Shown piece after piece: positions 23,951 through 33,207 of a DNA stretch of 41,335 nt. This DNA comes from an uncultured Ruminococcus sp. (GTDB lineage: Bacteria > Bacillota > Clostridia > Oscillospirales > CAG-272), in NCBI GenBank assembly GCA_902803255.1, contig CADCPG010000048.1:1-41335 (forward strand), written 5' to 3'. The notes under the pieces are model-generated. The model was not told where the DNA came from, searched no databases, and was given only the letters and a program-made list of their open reading frames with translations. The position numbers were made by a program, and so were the translations under genes. How positions within the stretch are numbered: position 1 is the stretch's first letter; the number at the start of each line of letters is the position of its first letter.

Positions 23951-23954
23951 ACTA

Positions 23955-23984
23955 TTGACATAACTGATTAAAACGTGATATAAT
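23955..23984 (+). promoter_or_regulatory. Sigma-A-type promoter with extended -10 for the glnS operon
   Basis: TTGACA (23955-23960), an 18-nt spacer ending in TGa, then TATAAT (23979-23984). Only about 35 nt separate it from the glnS ATG. Confidence 0.75.
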
Positions 23985-24018
23985 ATTATATATTTTTTCA
24001 CTCAGAGGTCAGCTTTTC

Positions 24019-25773
24019 ATGTCATTCAGAAACAACTGTGAAAACACGCTGCCGGACGGCTCTCCCGTTTCACTTCATGCCGCGGACGGGGCGGCGCCGG
24101 AGCCCGAAGCTCCGGATACGGTAGGCGCCGGCAATTTCATACACGACATAATAGAGGAGGACCTTCGCGCCGATCCGGAGCTGAAGATCCACACTCGCTT
24201 TCCGCCTGAGCCGAACGGATACCTTCATATCGGTTCGGCCAAGGCCATACGCATAAACAGCCGCGCCGCGGCGAAATACGGGGGCCTTTTCAACCTCCGC
24301 TATGACGACACCAACCCCGTGAAGGAAGGCGACGAGTATGTGAAGTCGATCTACGAGGATCTGCTCTGGCTCGGATGCGAACCGACGGGCGGCGTCTATT
24401 ACGGCTCCGACTACTTTGACAAGTGCTACGAGTTCGCCGTTAAGCTGATAAAGGACGGGAAGGCGTACGTCGATGACCTCACTGCCGACGAGATGCGCGA
24501 ATACCGCGGCACGCTCACCGAGCCCGGAAAGGAATCTCCGTACCGCGGCAGGAGCGTCGAAGAGAACCTCGACCTCTTCGAGAGAATGAAAAACGGCGAG
24601 TTTCCCGACGGCAGCAGGACGCTCCGTGCGAAGATAGACATGGCGAGCCCCAACATGAACATGCGCGACCCCGCCATCTACCGCATCCTTCACACCTCTC
24701 ATCACCGCCAGGGCGACAAGTGGTGCATCTATCCCCTTTACGACTTCGCGCATCCGATCCAGGATGCCCTGGAGGGGATCACGCACTCGCTCTGCTCGAT
24801 CGAGTTCGAAAACCACCGGCCGCTCTACGAATGGGTGGTCGACAGCATAGGCTTCGAGAAGAAGCCGAAGCAGCGCGAGTTCGCAAGGCTCAACGTCACG
24901 CACACCGTAATGAGCAAGAGATATCTGCGTCAGCTCGTCGAGACCGGTCTCGTCGACGGCTGGGACGACCCCCGTATGCCCACTCTGTGCGGGCTCCGCA
25001 GAAGAGGATATACTCCTTCCGCAATCTTCGACTTCGTCGACAGAGCCGGTGTCGCCAAGGCATACAGCGTCGTGGGGATAGAGCTGCTCGAGCACTGCAT
25101 CAGGGAGGAGCTGAACCGCACGGCTCCGCGCCGCGTCGCGGTGACCTCCCCTCTCAAGCTCATCATAGACAATTACCCAGAAGACAGAACCGAGTGGTTC
25201 GAGCTTCCGAACAACCCGGGAGACCCGGACGCCGGAACCCGCAGTCTGCCTTTCACCCGCGAGCTCCTCATCGAGTCCGACGACTTCGCCGAGGTCCCGC
25301 CTCCCAGGTTCTTCAGACTGAAGCCGGGCGGCGAGGTGAGACTGATGGGGGCCTACATAGTCAAATTCGTCTCGCTCGAAAAGAACGCCGACGGTACTGT
25401 GAAGGCGATCCACGCCGAGGCGGACCTGGTCTCGGGGAACGGCAGCCCCTCCGACGGAAGAAAGATAAAGGGCACGATACACTGGCTGTCTGAAAAATAC
25501 GCCGCGCGCCGCGACGTCATGGTATACGACCACCTCTTTACCCTCGAGAACGTCGACGACATCCCCGAGGGAAAGACCTACGGCGACTATCTGAACCCCG
25601 AATCGGTGAAGAAGCTGGAAGGCTGCGCCGTCGAGCCGTCGCTGGCCGGCGCGAAGCCGGGCGAACGGTTCCAGTTCGTCCGCAACGGCTATTACGTCGC
25701 CGATTCGAAGCACCCCGGCGTCTTCAACCGGATCGTCGGGCTTAAGGACAGCTTCCCGAAAGCGGGAAAATGA
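24019..25773 (+). CDS. glnS: Glutamine--tRNA ligase
   Basis: [11 protein letters not shown], the HIGH motif [16 protein letters not shown], and the KMSKS motif VMSKR. An N-terminal extension of about 28 aa relative to E. coli GlnRS as I recall it. Confidence 0.93.
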   Translation: MSFRNNCENTLPDGSPVSLHAADGAAPEPEAPDTVGAGNFIHDIIEEDLRADPELKIHTRFPPEPNGYLHIGSAKAIRINSRAAAKYGGLFNLRYDDTNPVKEGDEYVKSIYEDLLWLGCEPTGGVYYGSDYFDKCYEFAVKLIKDGKAYVDDLTADEMREYRGTLTEPGKESPYRGRSVEENLDLFERMKNGEFPDGSRTLRAKIDMASPNMNMRDPAIYRILHTSHHRQGDKWCIYPLYDFAHPIQDALEGITHSLCSIEFENHRPLYEWVVDSIGFEKKPKQREFARLNVTHTVMSKRYLRQLVETGLVDGWDDPRMPTLCGLRRRGYTPSAIFDFVDRAGVAKAYSVVGIELLEHCIREELNRTAPRRVAVTSPLKLIIDNYPEDRTEWFELPNNPGDPDAGTRSLPFTRELLIESDDFAEVPPPRFFRLKPGGEVRLMGAYIVKFVSLEKNADGTVKAIHAEADLVSGNGSPSDGRKIKGTIHWLSEKYAARRDVMVYDHLFTLENVDDIPEGKTYGDYLNPESVKKLEGCAVEPSLAGAKPGERFQFVRNGYYVADSKHPGVFNRIVGLKDSFPKAGK

Positions 25774-25819
25774 ACACAGGGTGCACTATACAGCATACGA
25801 AAAGGACGGGATCCATTCG

Positions 25820-26842
25820 ATGAACGAACTAAAGAAAAAACTGGCCGAGATCCAGGCGCAGGCCGAAAAGAAGATAAACGAGGACGGCATAGACCCCGAG
25901 AAGGTCAGGATCGAATACCTCGGCAAGAAGGGCGACCTCACCGCCGTGCTCAGGAGCATGGGCAGCCTGTCGCCCGAGGAAAGACCGCAGATCGGCCAGC
26001 TCGCGAACAAGGTCCGGGCGGCCATCGAGGCGGCCATCGAGGCCAGAAAACAGTATCTGAAGACATCGCAGCTGGAGCACAGGCTCATGAGCGAAAAGCT
26101 CGACGTGACCATGCCCGGCGAGAGATTCGAGATCGGGCACAGACATCCGCTGACCAAGATCAGGCGCGAACTCGAGGACATCTTCCTCGGTCTCGGCTTC
26201 AGCATAGCCGAGGGACCGGAGGTCGAATATGACTATTACAACTTTCAGGCCCTGAACATCCCGCCCAACCATCCCGCCAGAGACACGCAGGATACCTTCT
26301 ACATCACCGACAGCGTCCTTCTCCGCTCCCAGACGTCTCCCGTACAGGTGCGCGTCATGGAAAAGCAGAAGCCGCCGATCAGGATAATATCCCCCGGAAG
26401 AGTCTACCGGGCCGACGACGTCGACGCCACCCATTCACCGCTCTTCCACCAGCTCGAAGGTCTCGTGGTCGACCGCGGGATCACGATGGGCGACCTCAAG
26501 GGCGTCCTTGAGCTCTTCGCGAAGAACACATTCGGCGAAGGGACGAAGATCAGGTTCAGGCCTCATCACTTCCCCTTCACCGAACCGTCCGCAGAAGTCG
26601 ACGTATCGTGCTTCGCGTGCGGCGGAAAAGGCTGCCGTCTGTGCAAGGGAGAGGGCTGGATCGAGATCCTCGGCGCCGGAATGGTGCACCCGAAGGTGCT
26701 CTCGGGCTGCGGGATAGATCCGAACGAATACTCCGGATTCGCCTTCGGGTTCGGGATCGAGCGCATAGCGATGCTGAAATACCACATCGACGACATGCGC
26801 CTGCTCTACGAGAACGACATGCGCTTCCTCTCGCAGTTCTGA
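25820..26842 (+). CDS. pheS: Phenylalanine--tRNA ligase alpha subunit
   Basis: Class II motifs are [27 protein letters not shown] and [15 protein letters not shown] chose the ATG at 25820 (340 aa) over the GTG at 25781. Confidence 0.92.
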   Translation: MNELKKKLAEIQAQAEKKINEDGIDPEKVRIEYLGKKGDLTAVLRSMGSLSPEERPQIGQLANKVRAAIEAAIEARKQYLKTSQLEHRLMSEKLDVTMPGERFEIGHRHPLTKIRRELEDIFLGLGFSIAEGPEVEYDYYNFQALNIPPNHPARDTQDTFYITDSVLLRSQTSPVQVRVMEKQKPPIRIISPGRVYRADDVDATHSPLFHQLEGLVVDRGITMGDLKGVLELFAKNTFGEGTKIRFRPHHFPFTEPSAEVDVSCFACGGKGCRLCKGEGWIEILGAGMVHPKVLSGCGIDPNEYSGFAFGFGIERIAMLKYHIDDMRLLYENDMRFLSQF

Positions 26843-26896
26843 GCGGCGCCCGGACCGGAACAACTGAAGATTACAGGAGCAGGAGTTGATCGTAAA

Positions 26897-29290
26897 ATGA
26901 TTTTATCACTTGAATGGCTGAACGAGTTCACCGATATAACCGGAATGGGTCCCAAGGAATTCTGCGACAGGATGACCGACACCGGATCCAAGGTCGAAAA
27001 CTACAGGGTGCTCGGCGAAAACATAATAAACGTCAAAGTCGGAAAGATCCTCTCGGTCGAAAAGCACGAAAACAGCGACAGGCTGCAGATCTGCATGACC
27101 GACGCGGGCGGAGAAAAGCCGCTGCAGATAGTCACCGCCGCGACGAACGTGTTTCCCGGGGCGGTGGTCCCGGTGGCGGTCGCAGACGCCAGGCTCCCCG
27201 GCGGGGAGATAAAGAAAAGCAAGCTCCGCGGAGTTCTCTCCGAGGGCATGTTCTGCTCGATAGCCGAGCTCGAGCTGACGACGCACGACATGCCGGGAGC
27301 CGCCGAGGACGGGATACTGATCCTCGGTGAGGAATTCGGGAAGTTCGTCGGCGCCGACATCCGCGACGTCCTGAAGCTCTCCGACACCGCCGTAGAGTTT
27401 GAGATAACCCCCAACCGCCCCGACTGCCTGTCGGTCATCGGACTCGCCAGAGAGGCCTCGGTCTCCTTCGGCAGACCGCTGAAACTGCACACCCCCTCGG
27501 TGCGCGGGTCGTCGGACGGCGACATCATCGAGAACTACCTCACCGTGACCGACAGCGCCCCCGGGCTCTGCCCGAGATACACGGCGAGAGTCGTGAAGGA
27601 CGTGAAGATCGCGCCCTCTCCGCTCTGGATGAGAGCACGTCTGCGCGCGTCCGGCGTGCGCCCGATCAACAATATCGTCGATATAACCAATTACGTCATG
27701 CTTGAATACGGACAGCCGATGCACGCGTTCGACTACAAGTGCCTCGACGGTTCGTCGATCACAGTGCGGACAGCGGCCGAAGGCGAGAAGTTCGTCTCGC
27801 TCGACGGAAAGGAACACATCCTCGACGGCGGCACGCTCGTAATCGCCGACGCGAAGAAGCCGGTCGCTCTGGCCGGCGTCATGGGCGGCGAGAACAGCGA
27901 GATAACCGGATCGACCTCGACCGTCGTGTTCGAGTCGGCGAACTTCCTCGGAGCCTGCGTCAGGATCGGAGCCCGCAAGCAGGGCATGCGCACCGAGAGC
28001 TCGTCGAGATTCGAGAAGGGCCTCGACCCCGAAAACACCCTCCCCGCGATCGAGAGAGCCTGCGAACTGGTCGAGATGCTGGGCGCCGGGACCGTCGTCG
28101 ACGGCATCACCGACGTCTTCCCCGGACGGACCGCCGCCCGCAGGACGCCGCTCCGTCCCGACGTAATCAACCGCTTCCTCGGCACATCGATCGACGAGGC
28201 ATTCATGCGCAGGACGCTCGCCGAGCTCGGATTCGGCTTCGACGGAGGAGACGTCATCATCCCCTCCTGGAGAGCGGACGTCGAAGAGATGGCCGACCTC
28301 GCCGAGGAGATCATCCGCATCAGGGGCTACAACACCATAGAATCGGCTGCGATCTGCGCAAGCACCACCGAGGGAATGAGGACCCCGAGGCAGAACTTCG
28401 ACCTTGGGATCGAGCAGACCCTCATCGGGCTCGGACTGTCCGAGATACAGACGTTCTCGTTCATCAGTCCCAAATACTACGACAGGATCGGTCTTCCCGC
28501 CGGCGACCCGAGAAGGCGCTCGGTGAAGATCCGCAATCCCCTCGGAGAGGACACCGGCATCATGCGCACCACCGCGCTTCCCTCGATGCTCGAGGTGATC
28601 GCGAGGAACATCAACTTCAGCAACGAAAACGCCAGGCTGTTCGAGATGGCGACTGTATATATCCCGGGCGACGACCCCGATGCGCTCCCCGAGGAGCCGG
28701 TATCGCTGACGCTGGGAATGTACGGAGGCTGCACTTTTTATACCGTCAAGGGCATAGTCGAGGCGCTGCTGAGGTCGTGCGGCGTCAGGGGCGCATCGTT
28801 CACCGCCGCCGCGGCACCCGGATTCCATCCCGGAAGATGCGCGGAATTCCGGAGCGCGAAAGGCGAACTACTCGGCACATTCGGACAGATCCACCCGAAC
28901 GTCGCCGCCGCTTACGGGACCGATCAGCAGATCTTCGCCGCCGAGATCAGCGTTCCCGGGCTCTTCGCCGCCTCCGACAGGACGATCGAATACCGCCCGC
29001 TCCCGAAGTACCCCGCCGTGACGCGCGATTTCTCGTTCGTCTGCGACGACGGCCTCGAGGTCGGAAAGATCGAGGACGTGATGAAGAAGGCCGGAGGCGA
29101 CCTGCTCGAGGATATAAAGGTCTTCGACGTCTACCGCGGGCTTCAGCTCGGCGCCGGCCGGAAGAGCGTCTCGCTCAGGGCGGTGCTCAGAGCGGCCGAC
29201 CGCACGCTCACACAGGACGATTCAGACAAAGTCTGCGCGGGAATGCTCGACGCCCTGAAGAAGGAACTGGGACTTGCCCTCCGCGGCTGA
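26897..29290 (+). CDS. pheT: Phenylalanine--tRNA ligase beta subunit
   Basis: N-terminal tRNA-binding domain VKVGKILSVEKHENSDRLQIC, B3/4 and B5 regions, and a C-terminal FDX-ACB domain. 797 aa. Confidence 0.93.
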   Translation: MILSLEWLNEFTDITGMGPKEFCDRMTDTGSKVENYRVLGENIINVKVGKILSVEKHENSDRLQICMTDAGGEKPLQIVTAATNVFPGAVVPVAVADARLPGGEIKKSKLRGVLSEGMFCSIAELELTTHDMPGAAEDGILILGEEFGKFVGADIRDVLKLSDTAVEFEITPNRPDCLSVIGLAREASVSFGRPLKLHTPSVRGSSDGDIIENYLTVTDSAPGLCPRYTARVVKDVKIAPSPLWMRARLRASGVRPINNIVDITNYVMLEYGQPMHAFDYKCLDGSSITVRTAAEGEKFVSLDGKEHILDGGTLVIADAKKPVALAGVMGGENSEITGSTSTVVFESANFLGACVRIGARKQGMRTESSSRFEKGLDPENTLPAIERACELVEMLGAGTVVDGITDVFPGRTAARRTPLRPDVINRFLGTSIDEAFMRRTLAELGFGFDGGDVIIPSWRADVEEMADLAEEIIRIRGYNTIESAAICASTTEGMRTPRQNFDLGIEQTLIGLGLSEIQTFSFISPKYYDRIGLPAGDPRRRSVKIRNPLGEDTGIMRTTALPSMLEVIARNINFSNENARLFEMATVYIPGDDPDALPEEPVSLTLGMYGGCTFYTVKGIVEALLRSCGVRGASFTAAAAPGFHPGRCAEFRSAKGELLGTFGQIHPNVAAAYGTDQQIFAAEISVPGLFAASDRTIEYRPLPKYPAVTRDFSFVCDDGLEVGKIEDVMKKAGGDLLEDIKVFDVYRGLQLGAGRKSVSLRAVLRAADRTLTQDDSDKVCAGMLDALKKELGLALRG

Positions 29291-29291
29291 G

Positions 29292-29783
29292 ATGTCTGGT
29301 ACCGTCACACTTTTTGAGACCGTATCGGAGAACGTCCGGGACACCGGGCTCGCAGGCGCGAAGCTCGCCGGAATGATACGCGACGACCCGTCGATGCCGT
29401 CCTTCGTCTGCCTGAGAGGAGACCTCGGCGCAGGCAAGACCGTCTTCGCACGCGGCTTCATCGGAGCTCTCTGCCCCGGGGTCCGCGTCCGCTCTCCCTC
29501 ATATACACTCATCAACGAATACCCGTGCCGTATCGGCGGACGACGGATCCGCGTATGCCACATGGACGCCTACCGGATAAACGGATACGACGATCTCTTT
29601 TCGACCGGATTCTACGACATCCCAGAAGGAAGAGATTCGGCCGTGCTCTGCGAATGGCCGGAGAAGATATACTTCGCCCTGCCGGAGCGCAGGATCGAAG
29701 CCGTCATCTCGCCCGTGCCGGCGGACGCGCCGGCCGGCACCCCCGAAGGCCGGAAAATCACAGTATCGGTGGTAAACGAATGA
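29292..29783 (+). CDS. tsaE: tRNA t6A37 biosynthesis ATPase TsaE
   Basis: P-loop LRGDLGAGKT and SPSYTLINEY. The ATG lies 1 nt after the pheT stop. Confidence 0.85.
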   Translation: MSGTVTLFETVSENVRDTGLAGAKLAGMIRDDPSMPSFVCLRGDLGAGKTVFARGFIGALCPGVRVRSPSYTLINEYPCRIGGRRIRVCHMDAYRINGYDDLFSTGFYDIPEGRDSAVLCEWPEKIYFALPERRIEAVISPVPADAPAGTPEGRKITVSVVNE

Positions 29784-30571
29784 CAGTACTTGCCTGCGAC
29801 AGCTGTTCCGGGACCGCCTCCGCCGCCCTATGCGACGGCAGCCGGCTGATCTCCGAAGCCTCTGTCACCAACGGAAACACTCATACCGAGACTCTCATGC
29901 CGCTGATAGAAACGGTGCTCCGGACCGGAGGCGTCTCCGTCTCAGAGATAGACCTTTTCGCCTGTACGAGCGGTCCCGGTTCATTCACCGGAGTACGCAT
30001 AGGTGTCGCGACTGTCAAGGGCCTCGCCCTGGGCCGCGGCGTGCCCTGCGCCGGAGTCTCGTCGCTCGAGGCCCTAGCGTACGCGGCGGCCGCGGAGGCG
30101 GCGGCCTCTGCCGCGGCCGGCTGCCTGCCGCCGCTCATTCTTCCGCTGCTCGACGCGAGAAGGGGCCAGTTCTACACCGCTCTCTTCGAGCCTGACGGGG
30201 GGCTCCCGCTCAGGCTCACGGACGACGAAGCCCTCGACATCGGTAAGATATCGTCGATGCTGGCGGAAGACGGAAGATACGCGGGCAGGCCGGTCCTGCT
30301 CTGCGGAGACGGCGCCGCGGCGGCGCTGCCCGGCCTTCCCGCCGGAAGATGCGTCATGCCGCCGCCCCACCGCTCGTTCATATCACCCTATTACGTCGCC
30401 CAGGCCGCTCTGGCGGCGCACTCGCGCGGACAGAGCGTCACCGACGCGGCACTGCTGCCGTCGTACCTGCGGATCCCGCAGGCCGAACGCGACAGACTGG
30501 AAAAACTCAAAGGCCCCGGCACCGCCGGCACGAACACCGAAGGAACGACATCAACGGAGGCGAATAAATGA
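29780..30571 (+). CDS. tsaB: tRNA t6A37 biosynthesis protein TsaB
   Basis: LACDSCSGTASAAL and GPGSFTGVRIGVATVKGLA. ATGA overlap with the tsaE stop. Ala-rich insert and Thr-rich C-terminal tail. Confidence 0.85.
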   Translation: MTVLACDSCSGTASAALCDGSRLISEASVTNGNTHTETLMPLIETVLRTGGVSVSEIDLFACTSGPGSFTGVRIGVATVKGLALGRGVPCAGVSSLEALAYAAAAEAAASAAAGCLPPLILPLLDARRGQFYTALFEPDGGLPLRLTDDEALDIGKISSMLAEDGRYAGRPVLLCGDGAAAALPGLPAGRCVMPPPHRSFISPYYVAQAALAAHSRGQSVTDAALLPSYLRIPQAERDRLEKLKGPGTAGTNTEGTTSTEANK

Positions 30572-31056
30572 AAAAGATCCTCATAGGAAGCGACCACGCC
30601 GGATTCGACGCGAAGAAGAAGATCGCGGAGCACCTCCGCTCGCTCGGTCACGAAGTCACCGACTGCGGAACATATTCAACTGTCAGCTGCGACTACCCCA
30701 TCATCGCCCACAGGACCTGCGCGAAATTCGCGGAGGGCGGATATGACTTTGCCGTACTCATCTGCGGGACAGGGATCGGAGTTTCGATCGCCGCCAACAA
30801 GCACGCCGGGATCAGAGCCGCGCTCTGCAACGACATCTTCTCCACCGAGATGGCGCGCCAGCACAATGACGCCAACGTCCTCTGCCTCGGAGCCCGTGTC
30901 CTCGACATATCGCTTATGAACGACATCGCCGACACTTTCATCGCCACTCCGGCTCTCGAAGAGGAGAGACACGTGCGCAGACAGGCCGAGATGAAGGCGC
31001 TTGACGACGGCAACTTCGACGAGCTGTTCGGGACGGGAGCCGTCCCGGGCAAATGA
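30568..31056 (+). CDS. rpiB: Ribose-5-phosphate isomerase B
   Basis: KILIGSDHAGF, LICGTGIGVSIAANK and NDANVLCLGARV. ATGA overlap with tsaB. Confidence 0.9.
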   Translation: MKKILIGSDHAGFDAKKKIAEHLRSLGHEVTDCGTYSTVSCDYPIIAHRTCAKFAEGGYDFAVLICGTGIGVSIAANKHAGIRAALCNDIFSTEMARQHNDANVLCLGARVLDISLMNDIADTFIATPALEEERHVRRQAEMKALDDGNFDELFGTGAVPGK

Positions 31057-31075
31057 CCGGGGAACTCTCAAAAAG

Positions 31076-31945
31076 TTGGAAAAGAACAGCAGAAAACTGC
31101 TCCGCGGGATAGCGGCCGCCCTGAGAGAGGCGTCCGGCAGCCCTAAGAAGAACAGATTCACGACCGCCGTGATCGTCGCGGCAGGCCGTTCGGAGCGTAT
31201 GGGCGGGGATATCCCCAAGCAGTTCATCACGCTCGACGGCATACCTGCCGCGGCGGCGTCGCTCCGGGCATACAACGAATCGGCATACATAGACGCGATA
31301 GTGGCGGTCGTGAGGCCCGAAGACGTCGAGTCGGGCATATACGCCGAATTCAGGGAAAAATACGCTCTCGGAAAGCTCGTATCGGTGGTCGCCGGCGGAA
31401 GCACGCGCCAGGAGTCGGTGCTTCGCGGGATAGAGGAGATAGCGTCGCCGTCGTCGCCCGGCGCTTCGGTCTTGAAAAAGACCGAATATGTCGCCATAGC
31501 CGACGCCGCGAGGCCGCTTACGACCCCGGAGGACATCGACAGGGTCTGCATCGCCGCCTGCCGCTTCGAAGCCGCAACGGCGGCCTGCCGTGCGGTCGAC
31601 AGCGTAAAGGTGGCGGACAGTCACGGATTCATCGATTCGTCTATCGACAGAAAGACGGTCTGGCTCGCCGCGACTCCCCAGGTGTTCAGCCTGCCCCTCT
31701 ACCGCGCGGCGGCATATTCCGCGCTCGAGGAGGGGTTCGAGGGCAGCGACGACAACGAGCTTGTCGAGCACATGGGGCACGCGGTAAAGATCGTCGAGAT
31801 CGGAAGGTACAATATCAAACTCACGCGTCCGGAGGACCCGTACGTCGCCGCGGCTCTTGCCGGGTATCTGAAAAAGAAGGCAGCTGAGGAATACGAACAG
31901 TCGCATACCGCCGCCGTGAAAAAGACAGGACCCGATAATAAATAA
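31076..31945 (+). CDS. ispD: 2-C-methyl-D-erythritol 4-phosphate cytidylyltransferase
   Basis: AVIVAAGRSERMGGDIPKQF, VADAARP and a conserved KLTRPED-type C-terminus. The start is uncertain. The in-frame TTG at 31076 avoids overlap with rpiB. The ATG at 31001 would overlap rpiB by 56 nt. Confidence 0.8.
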   Translation: MEKNSRKLLRGIAAALREASGSPKKNRFTTAVIVAAGRSERMGGDIPKQFITLDGIPAAAASLRAYNESAYIDAIVAVVRPEDVESGIYAEFREKYALGKLVSVVAGGSTRQESVLRGIEEIASPSSPGASVLKKTEYVAIADAARPLTTPEDIDRVCIAACRFEAATAACRAVDSVKVADSHGFIDSSIDRKTVWLAATPQVFSLPLYRAAAYSALEEGFEGSDDNELVEHMGHAVKIVEIGRYNIKLTRPEDPYVAAALAGYLKKKAAEEYEQSHTAAVKKTGPDNK

Positions 31946-31975
31946 TAACAGTTGTTCCGCGCTGCGGAAGAACGG

Positions 31976-32500
31976 ATGAGAAGAAAATTGAACAATAATT
32001 GCGGAAATGATCCCCGCGCGATCAGGATCGGACACGGATACGACGTCCACCGCTTCGCCGAAGGGCGGCGGCTGATCATTGGCGGGGCCGAAATAGAATA
32101 TCCGTACGGGCTGCTCGGGCACTCCGACGCCGACGTCCTGACGCACGCCGTCATCGACGCTCTCTTCGGCGCGGCGGCGCTGGGTGACATCGGTTCCCAT
32201 TTCCCCGACACCGACCCCGCGTACAAGGACGCCGACAGTATCGCGCTTCTGCGCAGAGCCGGCGAGATTATACAGGGTGCGGGCTGGCGAGCCGTCAATA
32301 TCGACTCGACCGTGATCGCGGAGCGTCCGAAGCTCGCACCCTACATCGATGAAATGAGACAGAACATCGCCTCGGCGCTGGGTATGCCGGCCGGCTGCGT
32401 CAGCGTCAAGGCGACGACCGAGGAAGGCCTCGGATTCACCGGCAGACGCGAGGGCATTTCAGCCCACGCCGTTTGTCTTATAGAAAAAAACGGAGACTGA
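31976..32500 (+). CDS. ispF: 2-C-methyl-D-erythritol 2,4-cyclodiphosphate synthase
   Basis: [45 protein letters not shown] and [15 protein letters not shown] 31976 is preferred over TTG 31952. Confidence 0.9.
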   Translation: MRRKLNNNCGNDPRAIRIGHGYDVHRFAEGRRLIIGGAEIEYPYGLLGHSDADVLTHAVIDALFGAAALGDIGSHFPDTDPAYKDADSIALLRRAGEIIQGAGWRAVNIDSTVIAERPKLAPYIDEMRQNIASALGMPAGCVSVKATTEEGLGFTGRREGISAHAVCLIEKNGD

Positions 32501-32507
32501 TCTTACA

Positions 32508-33188
32508 ATGAAAGATACGATACTTATATCCCCATCCCTGCTGGCAGCGGATTTTTCAAGGCTGGCTGAAGAGATAGCCGGGATCGAATCTGCCGCGGAC
32601 TACCTCCATCTCGACGTCATGGACGGTCATTTCGTCCCAAATATGTCGATAGGCCCCGCGGTGATATCCTCGCTCCGCAGCGTCTCCGATCTGATCTTCG
32701 ACGTCCATCTGATGATCAGCGACCCCGAAAAGTACACCGACGCGTTCATTGACGCCGGCGCCGACATCGTCACCTTCCATATCGAAGCTTGTCCCGACCC
32801 GCGCCCCGTCATAGAAAAGATACGCGGCCGCGGGCGTCACGCCGGACTGGCGATCTCCCCCGATACCCCCGCGGAAGCGGTGTTTCCCTATCTCGGGGAG
32901 GTAGACATGATACTCGTCATGACAGTCTATCCCGGCTTCGGAGGACAGAAGCTGATAGGTGACACGATCCCCAAGATCACAGAGATCCGGCGCGAGGCGG
33001 AGGCCCGCGGACTCGATACTGACATCGAGGTCGACGGCGGGATCGGCGACGGAAACGTCGCGCTGCTCAGTGCCGCCGGAGCGAACGTGATCGTGGCGGG
33101 GTCGTCGGTATTCAGGTCGCATGATCCGTCGGATGCCGTCGACAGACTGCGCGAGGCAGCCGAATCGGCGCCTTACGTCCACTATTGA
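32508..33188 (+). CDS. rpe: Ribulose-phosphate 3-epimerase
   Basis: ISPSLLAADFSRL, LHLDVMDGHFVPN, PGFGGQKLI and VDGGI. Confidence 0.92.
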   Translation: MKDTILISPSLLAADFSRLAEEIAGIESAADYLHLDVMDGHFVPNMSIGPAVISSLRSVSDLIFDVHLMISDPEKYTDAFIDAGADIVTFHIEACPDPRPVIEKIRGRGRHAGLAISPDTPAEAVFPYLGEVDMILVMTVYPGFGGQKLIGDTIPKITEIRREAEARGLDTDIEVDGGIGDGNVALLSAAGANVIVAGSSVFRSHDPSDAVDRLREAAESAPYVHY

Positions 33189-33207
33189 AAAAGGGAGAAT
33201 CATTATA

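Noticed and set aside
24070-25713. Very long antisense ORFs opposite well-supported genes: 547 aa opposite glnS, 640 aa opposite pheT (26906-28828), 667 aa opposite the ligase fusion (33112-35115), 518 aa opposite uvrC (12707-14263), 377 aa opposite glyQS (37529-38662), and 296-305 aa opposite the SBP genes.
   Set aside because: Their translations are Arg/Gly/Val/Asp-rich low-information sequences with no recognisable motifs. In high-GC genomes the antisense frame of a GC3-rich gene is depleted of stop codons. The sense-strand genes carry unambiguous family signatures and sensible SD and start contexts.
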